Source: Candidatus Collierbacteria bacterium (GTDB taxonomy: Bacteria; Patescibacteriota; Microgenomatia; UBA1400; JACPES01). Taken from it: a DNA stretch of 64,000 bases. The notes beneath the pieces were generated by a model. It had not been told where the DNA came from, ran no database searches, and saw nothing but the letters and a program-made list of their open reading frames with translations. Shown in pieces: positions 43,286 through 51,300 of the stretch (within the stretch, counting starts at the first letter, position 1; the number at the start of each line of letters is the position of its first letter). The position numbers and the translations under genes were made by a program. Where the stretch lies: assembly GCA_016183365.1 (NCBI GenBank), contig JACPES010000003.1:13726-77725 (forward strand). The letters run 5' to 3'.

Positions 43286-43308
43286 AAGTAAATGTACAAT
43301 ATCACCAA

Positions 43309-43752
43309 ATGAAATTAGTTATTCATGCCGACGGAGGCTCCAGGGGAAATCCGGGCCCGGCCGCCTATGGCGTCATCATCGTCGATGAAACCGGGAAACA
43401 AATAGCCATATTAGGGAAATCCATTGGGGTTAGCACCAACAATCAGGCCGAGTATAAGGGAGTAATTGTCGCGTTGGAACTAGTTAAACAATTGATATTG
43501 GCAGGGAAAAAATTTTCCTCGCTGGAATTTTATTTGGATTCTGATTTAATCGTCAATCAACTGTCCGGGAAATATAAAATCAAGTCGCCCGTGTTGGCGA
43601 TGCTGGCGATAAAAGCCAAAAACTTAGAAAAAGAAATTTCTGTCTCCACGGTTTATAATTATATTCCCCGAGAGCAAAATAAATTGGCAGATAAAATTGT
43701 TAATCAGGTTCTTGACTTAAAAATGCCGGTATATGAAATAGATTTAGCCTGA
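43309..43752 (+). CDS. rnhA: Ribonuclease H-family protein
   Basis: IHADGGSRGNPGPAAYGVII...TNNQAEYKGVIVALE are RNase HI catalytic motifs. Confidence 0.7.
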   Translation: MKLVIHADGGSRGNPGPAAYGVIIVDETGKQIAILGKSIGVSTNNQAEYKGVIVALELVKQLILAGKKFSSLEFYLDSDLIVNQLSGKYKIKSPVLAMLAIKAKNLEKEISVSTVYNYIPREQNKLADKIVNQVLDLKMPVYEIDLA

Positions 43753-43906
43753 TCCCAGTCAATCTATTGAAATTTCAATTGACCAAAATATGACCGAATG
43801 GGTACTTTCGCCAGCGAAAGTACCTACTTTCGTTCCCCAAGTTGACCTGAATAACCAAAAATAACTTGGCACTAATGACATCGCAGTATTTTTTTGGTAA
43901 AGTAAT

Positions 43907-44755
43907 ATGAAAGACATGAAAAATTATTTGGTAGAAGTCGAAACAGTTAATAGCGAGATTAGGTCTGTGCTGATCGGAGGTGGATATATCGCTCAAAAGT
44001 TAGCATTTATTTTGCATAACAGAGGGTTGTCATGCGCGATTATTTCCAGCCCGAAAGACTTAGACTTATCAGCCTCGCCGGAATTTATTTTTTTATTTAT
44101 GGATGGATTGGAATTGGTGCCGGAAATGATTTTAAATTTTGTGGAGTCAGTCAGGACAAAATTAATTATAGTTACCGCTGACGGTGCTCCCGCGGAAGAT
44201 GTGGTTCGACAATGTTTGTCCAAAGATATTGATTTTTGTTCAGCCTCAATTTACAACCTCTATGGAGGCGGAGAATTTGGCGGAATTTTGGACGCTATTT
44301 TTTCTGAAGTTAAAGATGGCAAACTTTATACTTTTAAAAATGATCAAATTATTGTAACCCCACTTTATATTGACGACGCCGTGGAAGGTCTTTGCCGGAT
44401 AGCGTTTTCTACCCAAACTTTTAAAAAAAACTTTTTGTTAACCGGAATAGAAGAAGTTCCGTTGGTGGGCTTTGTAAACAGAATCGCGGCAGAAGCAGGC
44501 AGAATCTTTGGATTTATATTAAAGTCTGAAGAACACCGTCAAGCATATCCGGACATCGTTGTCCGCCATGAAAAAATCTTACAAAGAGATGAATCATGTT
44601 TATTGCTTAACTGGCAGCCGGAAGTCGGTTTATCTGAGGGGATTAAGACGGCCTTAGAATTATTAAAGTCCATAAATAATAACTTGAGAGGCCAGATTGC
44701 AGAGGTTGCAAAGGAGCAACCGGAAGTTAAAAAAAAAACGACTTTAAGCCTATAA
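43907..44755 (+). CDS. NAD-dependent epimerase/dehydratase-like protein (divergent)
   Basis: Weak Rossmann-like segments and TPLYIDDAVEGL. Confidence 0.3.
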   Translation: MKDMKNYLVEVETVNSEIRSVLIGGGYIAQKLAFILHNRGLSCAIISSPKDLDLSASPEFIFLFMDGLELVPEMILNFVESVRTKLIIVTADGAPAEDVVRQCLSKDIDFCSASIYNLYGGGEFGGILDAIFSEVKDGKLYTFKNDQIIVTPLYIDDAVEGLCRIAFSTQTFKKNFLLTGIEEVPLVGFVNRIAAEAGRIFGFILKSEEHRQAYPDIVVRHEKILQRDESCLLLNWQPEVGLSEGIKTALELLKSINNNLRGQIAEVAKEQPEVKKKTTLSL

Positions 44756-44799
44756 AATCTTCATCTAAGCCGCGACTTAAATTTACAAAAAAAATTCTT

Positions 44800-46458
44800 G
44801 TGTTAATAATTCTATTGCCAAGCGTTGTCTTTTTGCCATTGTTGGCATTATTTAGCTTAAAGGTTTTGGCGAATAAAATAATGGAATCAAAGCCTTCAGA
44901 TTCTGGGTTAGGAATGATGGCAGAATTATCACAGGCAGGAATAACTTTAACCAGGGTTTATTCTTCAATTTTGCCGGAAGACATGGGAACATTTTTCAGA
45001 ACGGCTGAAAAAAAATACTCATCCCGACTTTTAATTTATGGTCTAAAAAATCAAACCGAAATGGCTATTAGTCAGGTCATAAACGGGGGATCTGGAACGC
45101 CTGAAGCATTTTCATCAATGGAACAAAAGGCAAATGATTTATTAAAGCAACTAGACCCCGGGGATAGTTCCAGAAAACCAATCGCTTTCGGAAGAGAATT
45201 GTTACCTTTGGCCAAATGGGCAATGGGCTTTGACCGAAAAAAAACATTTTTATTAGTTTTACAAAATTCTATGGAACAAAGGCCAACCGGAGGGTTAATC
45301 GAAGGATTGGGAGTGGCGGTTTTGGAAAAAGGCCGACTGCTGGATTTGACATGGTCTAGACCGGACGATGTTGAGGTAGCTTTAACCGGGACGGAGGACT
45401 CACCCCAGCCGATCAAAACCATGTTGGCAGAATCCAGGTTATTATTCCGCGATGCCAATTGGTCAATCGACGGCCCGAGCGCCGCGGTTCAATTAAAAAA
45501 AATGTATGAAAGGGCTACCGGCCGCGGAGCGGATGGAGTAATATTCTTTTCCACCAAAGGATTTGAAGATATTATTTCTGAAGTTGGAAAAGTGCCAATC
45601 GGGCCTAATCTAGAAATAACCGCCGAAAACTTAAAAGAAAAATCTGCCTTCGCCGGACCGGAATTTACTCTCCAAATCGCCGGAGCGATGTTTGAAACCT
45701 TTAAAGCCGTGCCTTTTCCGGTAATCCAAGGGATTATCAAGGCTTTACAAAACGAGAATATTCTGGTTGTTCCTTTCGCAGCGGATTCGGCCAGACTGGC
45801 GGCCCAACAGGGAATTGACGGCGGGGTAAGAAAACTTTTATGCCCGGCTCAATTATATTCGTCAAAATGTTCCCAAAATTTTATTTATTTAGTTGACGCG
45901 AATTTGGGAGCCAAGAGATCAGATTATTTTCTTAAAAAAGGCCGTCGGGCCTTGGTGACTTTAGCCCCTGATTCTCCGCCGGCTGTAACTTTGGAATTAG
46001 CTTATGCCAATACCTCGACAGTCGGCGGTTCGTCTACGGCTTATCGCGGATATACCCGGGCAGTTATTCCGCTAGAGAGCGTGATTCAGTCTGTTATTGA
46101 GGTGAAAAACGGTCAGGCGGTCCAAATCATGCCAGATAATTATATCGAATTTGGCCAACATATCATTGGTTTTCCTGTTGAAATAATGCCGGGAGAGGCC
46201 TTGTTGATAAAAATAAATTATATTTCGACGAATAAAATTCCAATCGAAAGAGGAATCGGAGCGTACGTCTTGAACCTTAAAAAACAGGCGGGGGATTCCG
46301 TGGAAACCGAAGTCCAGATTAAATTGGGGAATGGCATGACTCCTTTATCGGTTTATCCCCGGGCCGGAATTTCGGATAGCAGCCTGATTTTTAGGCTGAC
46401 TATGGAAAAGTCCGATTCGGCGGCAGTCGAGTTCGCCCTAAACGATTTATTTCGCTAG
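44800..46458 (+). CDS. Secreted/membrane-anchored protein, DUF4012-like
   Basis: N-terminal hydrophobic anchor and an MEQRPTGGLIEGLGVAVLEKG motif resembling E.RxTGG of DUF4012 proteins. Confidence 0.35.
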   Translation: MLIILLPSVVFLPLLALFSLKVLANKIMESKPSDSGLGMMAELSQAGITLTRVYSSILPEDMGTFFRTAEKKYSSRLLIYGLKNQTEMAISQVINGGSGTPEAFSSMEQKANDLLKQLDPGDSSRKPIAFGRELLPLAKWAMGFDRKKTFLLVLQNSMEQRPTGGLIEGLGVAVLEKGRLLDLTWSRPDDVEVALTGTEDSPQPIKTMLAESRLLFRDANWSIDGPSAAVQLKKMYERATGRGADGVIFFSTKGFEDIISEVGKVPIGPNLEITAENLKEKSAFAGPEFTLQIAGAMFETFKAVPFPVIQGIIKALQNENILVVPFAADSARLAAQQGIDGGVRKLLCPAQLYSSKCSQNFIYLVDANLGAKRSDYFLKKGRRALVTLAPDSPPAVTLELAYANTSTVGGSSTAYRGYTRAVIPLESVIQSVIEVKNGQAVQIMPDNYIEFGQHIIGFPVEIMPGEALLIKINYISTNKIPIERGIGAYVLNLKKQAGDSVETEVQIKLGNGMTPLSVYPRAGISDSSLIFRLTMEKSDSAAVEFALNDLFR

Positions 46459-46467
46459 ATCAAGGCG

Positions 46468-46476
46468 TGTTATAAT
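46468..46476 (+). promoter_or_regulatory. Extended -10 element TGTTATAAT upstream of rplY
   Basis: TGnTATAAT motif located 13 nt before the rplY GTG start. Confidence 0.35.
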
Positions 46477-46488
46477 CTTAATCTATTT

Positions 46489-47214
46489 GTGAGTTCTCAA
46501 AAGTTATTATTAACCAGCGCTAAAAGAAAGATAGTCGGCCGCAAAGTAAAGTCTTTAAGAAAGGAAGGTCAGGTTCCCGCTAACGTTTTTGGGAAAAAGA
46601 TTAAATCATTGGCTGTTTCAGTTAAATCTATTGACTTCCGGAAAATTTTCTCAAAGGCGGGAGCCACAGGGATAATTTATTTAGAAGTAACCGGCGAAAA
46701 AGAACTAAGGCCGGTTTTAGTATCAACCATTCAAAAACACCCTCTGAACGGGAGTTTATTGCATATTGATTTCAGGCAGGTGGATTTAGCCGAAAAAGTG
46801 AAGGCCGAAGTTCCGATTAGAATAATCGGGGAGTCTTTGGCCGTTAAAGACAAAAACGGAGTTTTGGTTTTAGTTTTATCGCAGGTAATGGTGGAGGCTT
46901 TGCCGGCCGATTTGCCGGAAAGCTTAGACATTAGTATTCAAAGCTTGGTTGAGATCGGTCAAAGCGTTCATATCAAAGACATTAAGGTCGACAAAGCAAA
47001 GGTTAAAATTGAAGCCGGAGAAGATGAAACAGTGGTTATTATTCAAGAACCCAGAGCGGAAGAAGTTGAAGTGAAACCGGTAGTCGAGGTTGCCGCAATT
47101 GAAGGGGAGGAAGCTGCTAAGACCGAAGGAGAGAAGTTGCCGGCAGATGAAAAAAATCTTCAGCCGGGGACCTCCGCCAAGTCAACCGCCAAGCCTGCCG
47201 ATAAACAAAAATAA
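46489..47214 (+). CDS. rplY: 50S ribosomal protein L25 / general stress protein Ctc
   Basis: KRKIVGRKVKSLRKEGQVPANVFGKKIKSLAVSV is an L25 N-domain, followed by a Ctc-type acidic C-terminal extension. GTG start. Confidence 0.8.
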   Translation: MSSQKLLLTSAKRKIVGRKVKSLRKEGQVPANVFGKKIKSLAVSVKSIDFRKIFSKAGATGIIYLEVTGEKELRPVLVSTIQKHPLNGSLLHIDFRQVDLAEKVKAEVPIRIIGESLAVKDKNGVLVLVLSQVMVEALPADLPESLDISIQSLVEIGQSVHIKDIKVDKAKVKIEAGEDETVVIIQEPRAEEVEVKPVVEVAAIEGEEAAKTEGEKLPADEKNLQPGTSAKSTAKPADKQK

Positions 47215-47657
47215 TGTCCGACTGTATATTTTGTCTGATCGTTTCCGGCCAGATTCCATGCCACAAGGTTTTCGAAAATGAACATTTTTTGGGGTTTCTG
47301 GATATTTCGCCGGTGGTTGAAGGTCATGCTTTGGTCATTCCAAAAAAACACTTCAGGTGGGTTCATGAAGTTGAGGAATTCGGAGAGTTTTGGGAGGCAG
47401 CTCAAAAAGTAGGCCAAGCTCAAATTAATGGATTAAAAGCGGCCACTGTAGTATTTGCCACTGCCGGTTTCCAGGTTCCCCACGCTCATATTCACGTTAT
47501 GCCTTGTCTCGCAGTGGCCCGTAAGGGCGAAGGCGGACCCATGCCGCTGAAACAAAAAGGCGAGTACCTTCCGGGCGTCGAGTCAGCCAAGAGAATTAAT
47601 ATGTCTCCGTCCCAACTTCAAGAAGTGGCCGCCAAACTTCGGAATTCGGTAAAATAA
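47214..47657 (+). CDS. HIT-family (histidine triad) protein
   Basis: CIFCLIVSGQIPCHKVFENEHFLGFLDISPVVEGHALVIPKKH and the HAHIHVMP triad. Confidence 0.8.
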   Translation: MSDCIFCLIVSGQIPCHKVFENEHFLGFLDISPVVEGHALVIPKKHFRWVHEVEEFGEFWEAAQKVGQAQINGLKAATVVFATAGFQVPHAHIHVMPCLAVARKGEGGPMPLKQKGEYLPGVESAKRINMSPSQLQEVAAKLRNSVK

Positions 47658-47675
47658 TCTCCGGAAGATTGCTAA

Positions 47676-47756
47676 ATTGTCCTGCGGAGCAAGATCCTGC
47701 TTTGCAGGACTAAATGCCTCCACAATTTAACAATCTAACAATTTAACAATCTAACA
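47676..47756. repeat. Partial third copy of the hairpin element plus a CAATCTA/CAATTTA heptamer array
   Basis: GATTGCTAAATTGTCCTGCGGAGCAAGATCCTGCTTTGCAGGACTAAATG then CAATTTAACAATCTAACAATTTAACAATCTAACAATG, which runs into the tsaC-tsaE start codon. Confidence 0.4.
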
Positions 47757-48857
47757 ATGAAAATCCTTAACCTGAAAGAAACCTCTAAACATGACGCTAC
47801 CGCTCAATCAGTTAAAATTCTCCGAGCTGAGGGCCTTGTCATCTACCCCACCGAAACCGTTTACGGCGCCGGAGTTGATGCTACCAATCCGGCGGCGGTA
47901 AAAAAACTGGGCGAATATAAATCTAGGCCATTCGGCAAACCTTTTTCAATTGCCGTAGCCGATTGGAAAATGGCGGAAAAATATGTGGTTTTGAATGAAA
48001 CCGCCAAAAAACTTTACCGGCAATTTTTGCCCGGTCCGTTAACAATAATATCTAAACTAAAAACACTTAATTCTTCTAACCCTTCTAACCATTTTCTTTC
48101 TCCCGGCGTCGCCTCTGAAGCCGGAACACTGGGGATTAGGATTTCATCGTATCCGCTGGTTGCGAAAATTGTCAGGTCGTTGGGCAGGCCAATTACCGCC
48201 ACATCCGCCAACGAGGCTTACAAAAAAAGGCCATATCAGATATCAGATATTTTATTTAATATTTCAGACAGGAAGAAACAGCTGATAGATTTAATTATTG
48301 ATGCCGGAGAATTGCCGAGAAATGAACCGTCAACAGTTATAGACACCACTTTGGACGATCAGACAGTTCTGCGTCAGGGAGATATTCAATTAAAAGATAA
48401 AATCCACATTTTGTCCAGGACTCCGGAAAATACTCAAAATCTGGCCAAAGAACTATGGCAAAAATATGAGGGGTTCGTTGGAAAACGAGCGATTATTTTT
48501 GCTCTCGAAGGCCAACTCGGAGCAGGCAAAACCGAATTTACCAAAGGCCTGGCCCGGGCAATGGGGATAAAAAAGGAAATTACCTCGCCAACATTCAATT
48601 TGGTGAATCATTATTCTTTACTCTTTACTCCCTACTCCTTACTCCATATTGACGCTTGGCGTCTTGAATCATCATCAGAACTTGGATCATTGGACTTTTC
48701 TAAAACAATATCCGATAAGTCGGTGATAGCGGTAGAATGGGCCGATCGGGTAACAAACGTCATTCGCCGCTATCAGGAAGAAGCTGTCATCATCTGGGTC
48801 AAAATTAAATACGGAAAGTCCAAAAACGACCGTTTAATCAGCTGGGGAATTTTTTAG
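47757..48857 (+). CDS. Fusion of threonylcarbamoyl-AMP synthase (TsaC/YrdC domain) with the tRNA t6A ATPase TsaE
   Basis: N-half: LVIYPTETVYGAGVDA, SANEAYKKRP, PSTVIDTT (YrdC). C-half: EGQLGAGKTEFTKGLARAMGI, SPTFNLVNHY, HIDAWRL (TsaE). Two heptamer repeats are embedded in frame (LNSSNPSNHF and SLLFTPYSLLH). Confidence 0.7.
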   Translation: MKILNLKETSKHDATAQSVKILRAEGLVIYPTETVYGAGVDATNPAAVKKLGEYKSRPFGKPFSIAVADWKMAEKYVVLNETAKKLYRQFLPGPLTIISKLKTLNSSNPSNHFLSPGVASEAGTLGIRISSYPLVAKIVRSLGRPITATSANEAYKKRPYQISDILFNISDRKKQLIDLIIDAGELPRNEPSTVIDTTLDDQTVLRQGDIQLKDKIHILSRTPENTQNLAKELWQKYEGFVGKRAIIFALEGQLGAGKTEFTKGLARAMGIKKEITSPTFNLVNHYSLLFTPYSLLHIDAWRLESSSELGSLDFSKTISDKSVIAVEWADRVTNVIRRYQEEAVIIWVKIKYGKSKNDRLISWGIF

Positions 48858-48903
48858 CCCTTTAACCATTCTAACCATTTAAATAATTTTAACCATTTAT
48901 CTT

Positions 48904-50004
48904 ATGACAATTCTTTCTATCGACACCAGTTGCGACGAAACAGCTGTCGCGGTTACAGACGGAAACAGGGTTTTAAGCAATATTATCTGGTCCCAGGCCT
49001 TGCTCCATTCTAAATGGGGTGGCGTTGTTCCGTCTCTTGCCAAGCGCGCCCACCAAGAACGTCTTCCTTGGGTTGTCTCCAAAGCGGTTCACGATTCACG
49101 GTTAACGATTAACGAAATTGATGCCATTGCGGCAACGATTGGGCCGGGATTGGCGATTGCGCTGGAGGTGGGAATTGCCAAGGCAAAAGAATTGGCCCTG
49201 AAGTGGCATAAGCCATTAATTCCGGTGAATCACCTCGAGGGCCATATCTTAAGCCCGTTAGCCTGGTCAACAATCAGCAATCAGCAATTAACAATTAACA
49301 ATTTAAACTTTCCCTTCGCGGCCCTCGTAGTTTCCGGCGGTCACACAGAGCTTGTTTTAGTTAAAAAGATAGGCGAATATCAAATTTTAGTCCGAACAAT
49401 AGATGATGCTTTGGGAGAGGCTTTGGATAAAGCCGCCAGGATGTTAGGATTGGGGTATCCGGGAGGCGCGGTGTTGGAAAAATTGGCCAAAACCGGAAAT
49501 CCTTCAACCTATAAACTGCCATTGCCATTATTAGGCCGGGAAAACCAAGGTAAATTCAGTTATTCAGGATTAAAAACCGCTTTTTATCGGTTAACAAACG
49601 AAAAAAGTTTAACGAAGCAAGAAATTTACGATCTAGCCGCCAGTTTTCAAAACACTTCTTTTGAGCATTTGATAAGAATTGTTAAAAAGTCGGTTTTGTC
49701 ATTGCGAGCCACGCTACAGACGGGACGTGGCAATCCAGAAATTACTGATTTTCTAGTCGGCGGCGGCGTCGCCTCCAACATCGAACTTCGCAAAAGGCTG
49801 CGGAATCTTGGAAAAAAATTCGGACTGAAAATTCATTTTCCCTATTCCAAAAAACTCTGTACCGACAATGCCGCCATGATTGGTCTGGCAGGGCAATGGG
49901 CCTTTGCGAGAGGCGAACTGAAACGAACAAAAGAAGAAATAGAATCAATTGACAGAATTCCCGGACTGGATTTTTCTTTAGGCCTACCTCTTTCTCGCGC
50001 ATAA
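48904..50004 (+). CDS. tsaD: tRNA N6-adenosine threonylcarbamoyltransferase TsaD (Kae1/Gcp)
   Basis: ILSIDTSCDETAVAV, HLEGHIL and VSGGHTELV motifs. An in-frame CAATTAA-type repeat encodes STISNQQLTINNLNF. Confidence 0.85.
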   Translation: MTILSIDTSCDETAVAVTDGNRVLSNIIWSQALLHSKWGGVVPSLAKRAHQERLPWVVSKAVHDSRLTINEIDAIAATIGPGLAIALEVGIAKAKELALKWHKPLIPVNHLEGHILSPLAWSTISNQQLTINNLNFPFAALVVSGGHTELVLVKKIGEYQILVRTIDDALGEALDKAARMLGLGYPGGAVLEKLAKTGNPSTYKLPLPLLGRENQGKFSYSGLKTAFYRLTNEKSLTKQEIYDLAASFQNTSFEHLIRIVKKSVLSLRATLQTGRGNPEITDFLVGGGVASNIELRKRLRNLGKKFGLKIHFPYSKKLCTDNAAMIGLAGQWAFARGELKRTKEEIESIDRIPGLDFSLGLPLSRA

Positions 50005-50032
50005 CTCAAGCAAAGTTGACAAGCATGGTATA

Positions 50033-50536
50033 GTGGACGAGAAAATGGATCAACGACAGCGCGAGCAACTTCTTGCCCAAATCCCAACCACAAGTCTCCG
50101 ATCAGAGGCTTTCGAAAAACTTGGAGACGACGCGTCAGTCGCGTTGATGTTTGAGTACCAGTACCAGCTGGAACAGATCCGAGCAAATGCAGAGACGCAA
50201 GTTCCCGTGAGGCGCATCTATGCCCGCGCAGCATTGATCGGCGCGCTTGCTGGGGCAGGTCTTGGGGGCTTGGCATTCCTTTCAGGCAGGGAAGACGTTG
50301 CCAACTCTTCGTTTGAGGCGATCCAAGGCGGAATTGTGTTTCTTGCTGGAGGTGCAGCTTTTGGAGGGATCATGGGTCTAGCTCTTGGTGGTTGCACATC
50401 TGTTGAGCAAGCCAAAAGAATATTTATCCGGCAAGGGGAAAAGTCGGTCCTAGCGGAACACCGGACGTTTCTTGAAAAACGACTTACTGATGATCAGGTA
50501 ACAGATCTGTTTCTCCAAAGTGCCGCAGAAGAATAA
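50033..50536 (+). CDS. Hypothetical membrane protein (167 aa)
   Basis: Two Gly/Ala-rich TM helices (ALIGALAGAGLGGLAFL and GGIVFLAGGAAFGGIMGLALGG). Confidence 0.35.
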   Translation: MDEKMDQRQREQLLAQIPTTSLRSEAFEKLGDDASVALMFEYQYQLEQIRANAETQVPVRRIYARAALIGALAGAGLGGLAFLSGREDVANSSFEAIQGGIVFLAGGAAFGGIMGLALGGCTSVEQAKRIFIRQGEKSVLAEHRTFLEKRLTDDQVTDLFLQSAAEE

Positions 50537-50622
50537 AAATTTTTCCCCTTGACAACATACAACATATAATAAGCGCATGATCAGAACCCAAGGTTTATAT
50601 TCAGGAGGACTTACATAGGGAT

Positions 50623-50832
50623 ATGGCTCTTTTGATGAGACGAGAGAAGATGAATTTTTCTCAACTAATTAGAGAAGGAGTGGAAACGGTAATAAGAAAG
50701 AAAAAGATAAAGAAGAACAAAAAATGGGGAGAGGGATTTATTGGGGCGGTAAAAGGCGGACCCAAGAATTTGTCTTCTAGGATTGATTATTACTTATATG
50801 GAAAGGGTAACCCCAAATGGGCAGGAAAATAG
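50623..50832 (+). CDS. Small basic protein, possible RHH-type antitoxin
   Basis: MNFSQLIREGVETVI resembles RHH antitoxin helices. An AGGAGG ribosome-binding site lies upstream. A PIN-toxin N-terminal fragment follows. Confidence 0.25.
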   Translation: MALLMRREKMNFSQLIREGVETVIRKKKIKKNKKWGEGFIGAVKGGPKNLSSRIDYYLYGKGNPKWAGK

Positions 50833-50900
50833 CCTTGGATTCAAATGTGTTGGTAGCGTTGTATAAGTTTGACGACTCAACCCAATTCTTAATTAGATAA
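50817..50900 (+). pseudogene. Remnant of a PIN-domain (VapC-like) toxin, N-terminal 27 aa only
   Basis: MGRKIALDSNVLVALYKFDDSTQFLIR then a stop. The IALDSNVL block is the canonical start of the first PIN strand. Its ATG overlaps the upstream stop. Confidence 0.35.
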
Positions 50901-51245
50901 GGAAATACCCAGGCTGCCGGCAATTTTTATCAAGATCTCATTGTTGGGATCCAGGTATCTAGCCCGATTTAAAGCTTCTTTGGCGGCGTCATCGTTTCCC
51001 AGCTCTGATTGAGAAATAGCCAGGCGATACAAAAGATCGCGATAATCCGGATATTGGATGGATAATTCCACTAATTTTTCCAATTTGGCTTCTTTATCGC
51101 GGCGGATTTCCCATAATTTGTTAACCCTTTTTTCTTCCAGAACAGTAATTGCGGAAGCCAGCCAAACGACAATTAACAAAACCGAAATGACAACTTCCAG
51201 CCTCCTGACTTTCACAGAATAAATTAAATTTCCCCATCGTTTCAT
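50889..51245 (-). CDS. Membrane-anchored TPR-like protein
   Basis: N-terminal TM helix (VVISVLLIVVWLASAITVL) and a C-terminal TPR-like segment (AKEALNRARYLDPNN). Confidence 0.3.
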   Translation of the reverse strand: MKRWGNLIYSVKVRRLEVVISVLLIVVWLASAITVLEEKRVNKLWEIRRDKEAKLEKLVELSIQYPDYRDLLYRLAISQSELGNDDAAKEALNRARYLDPNNEILIKIAGSLGISLSN

Positions 51246-51300
51246 ATTTACTCCTTCCGTTTGAAATATGTTAAATGATTTGAATCATTTAACCTTTGTT

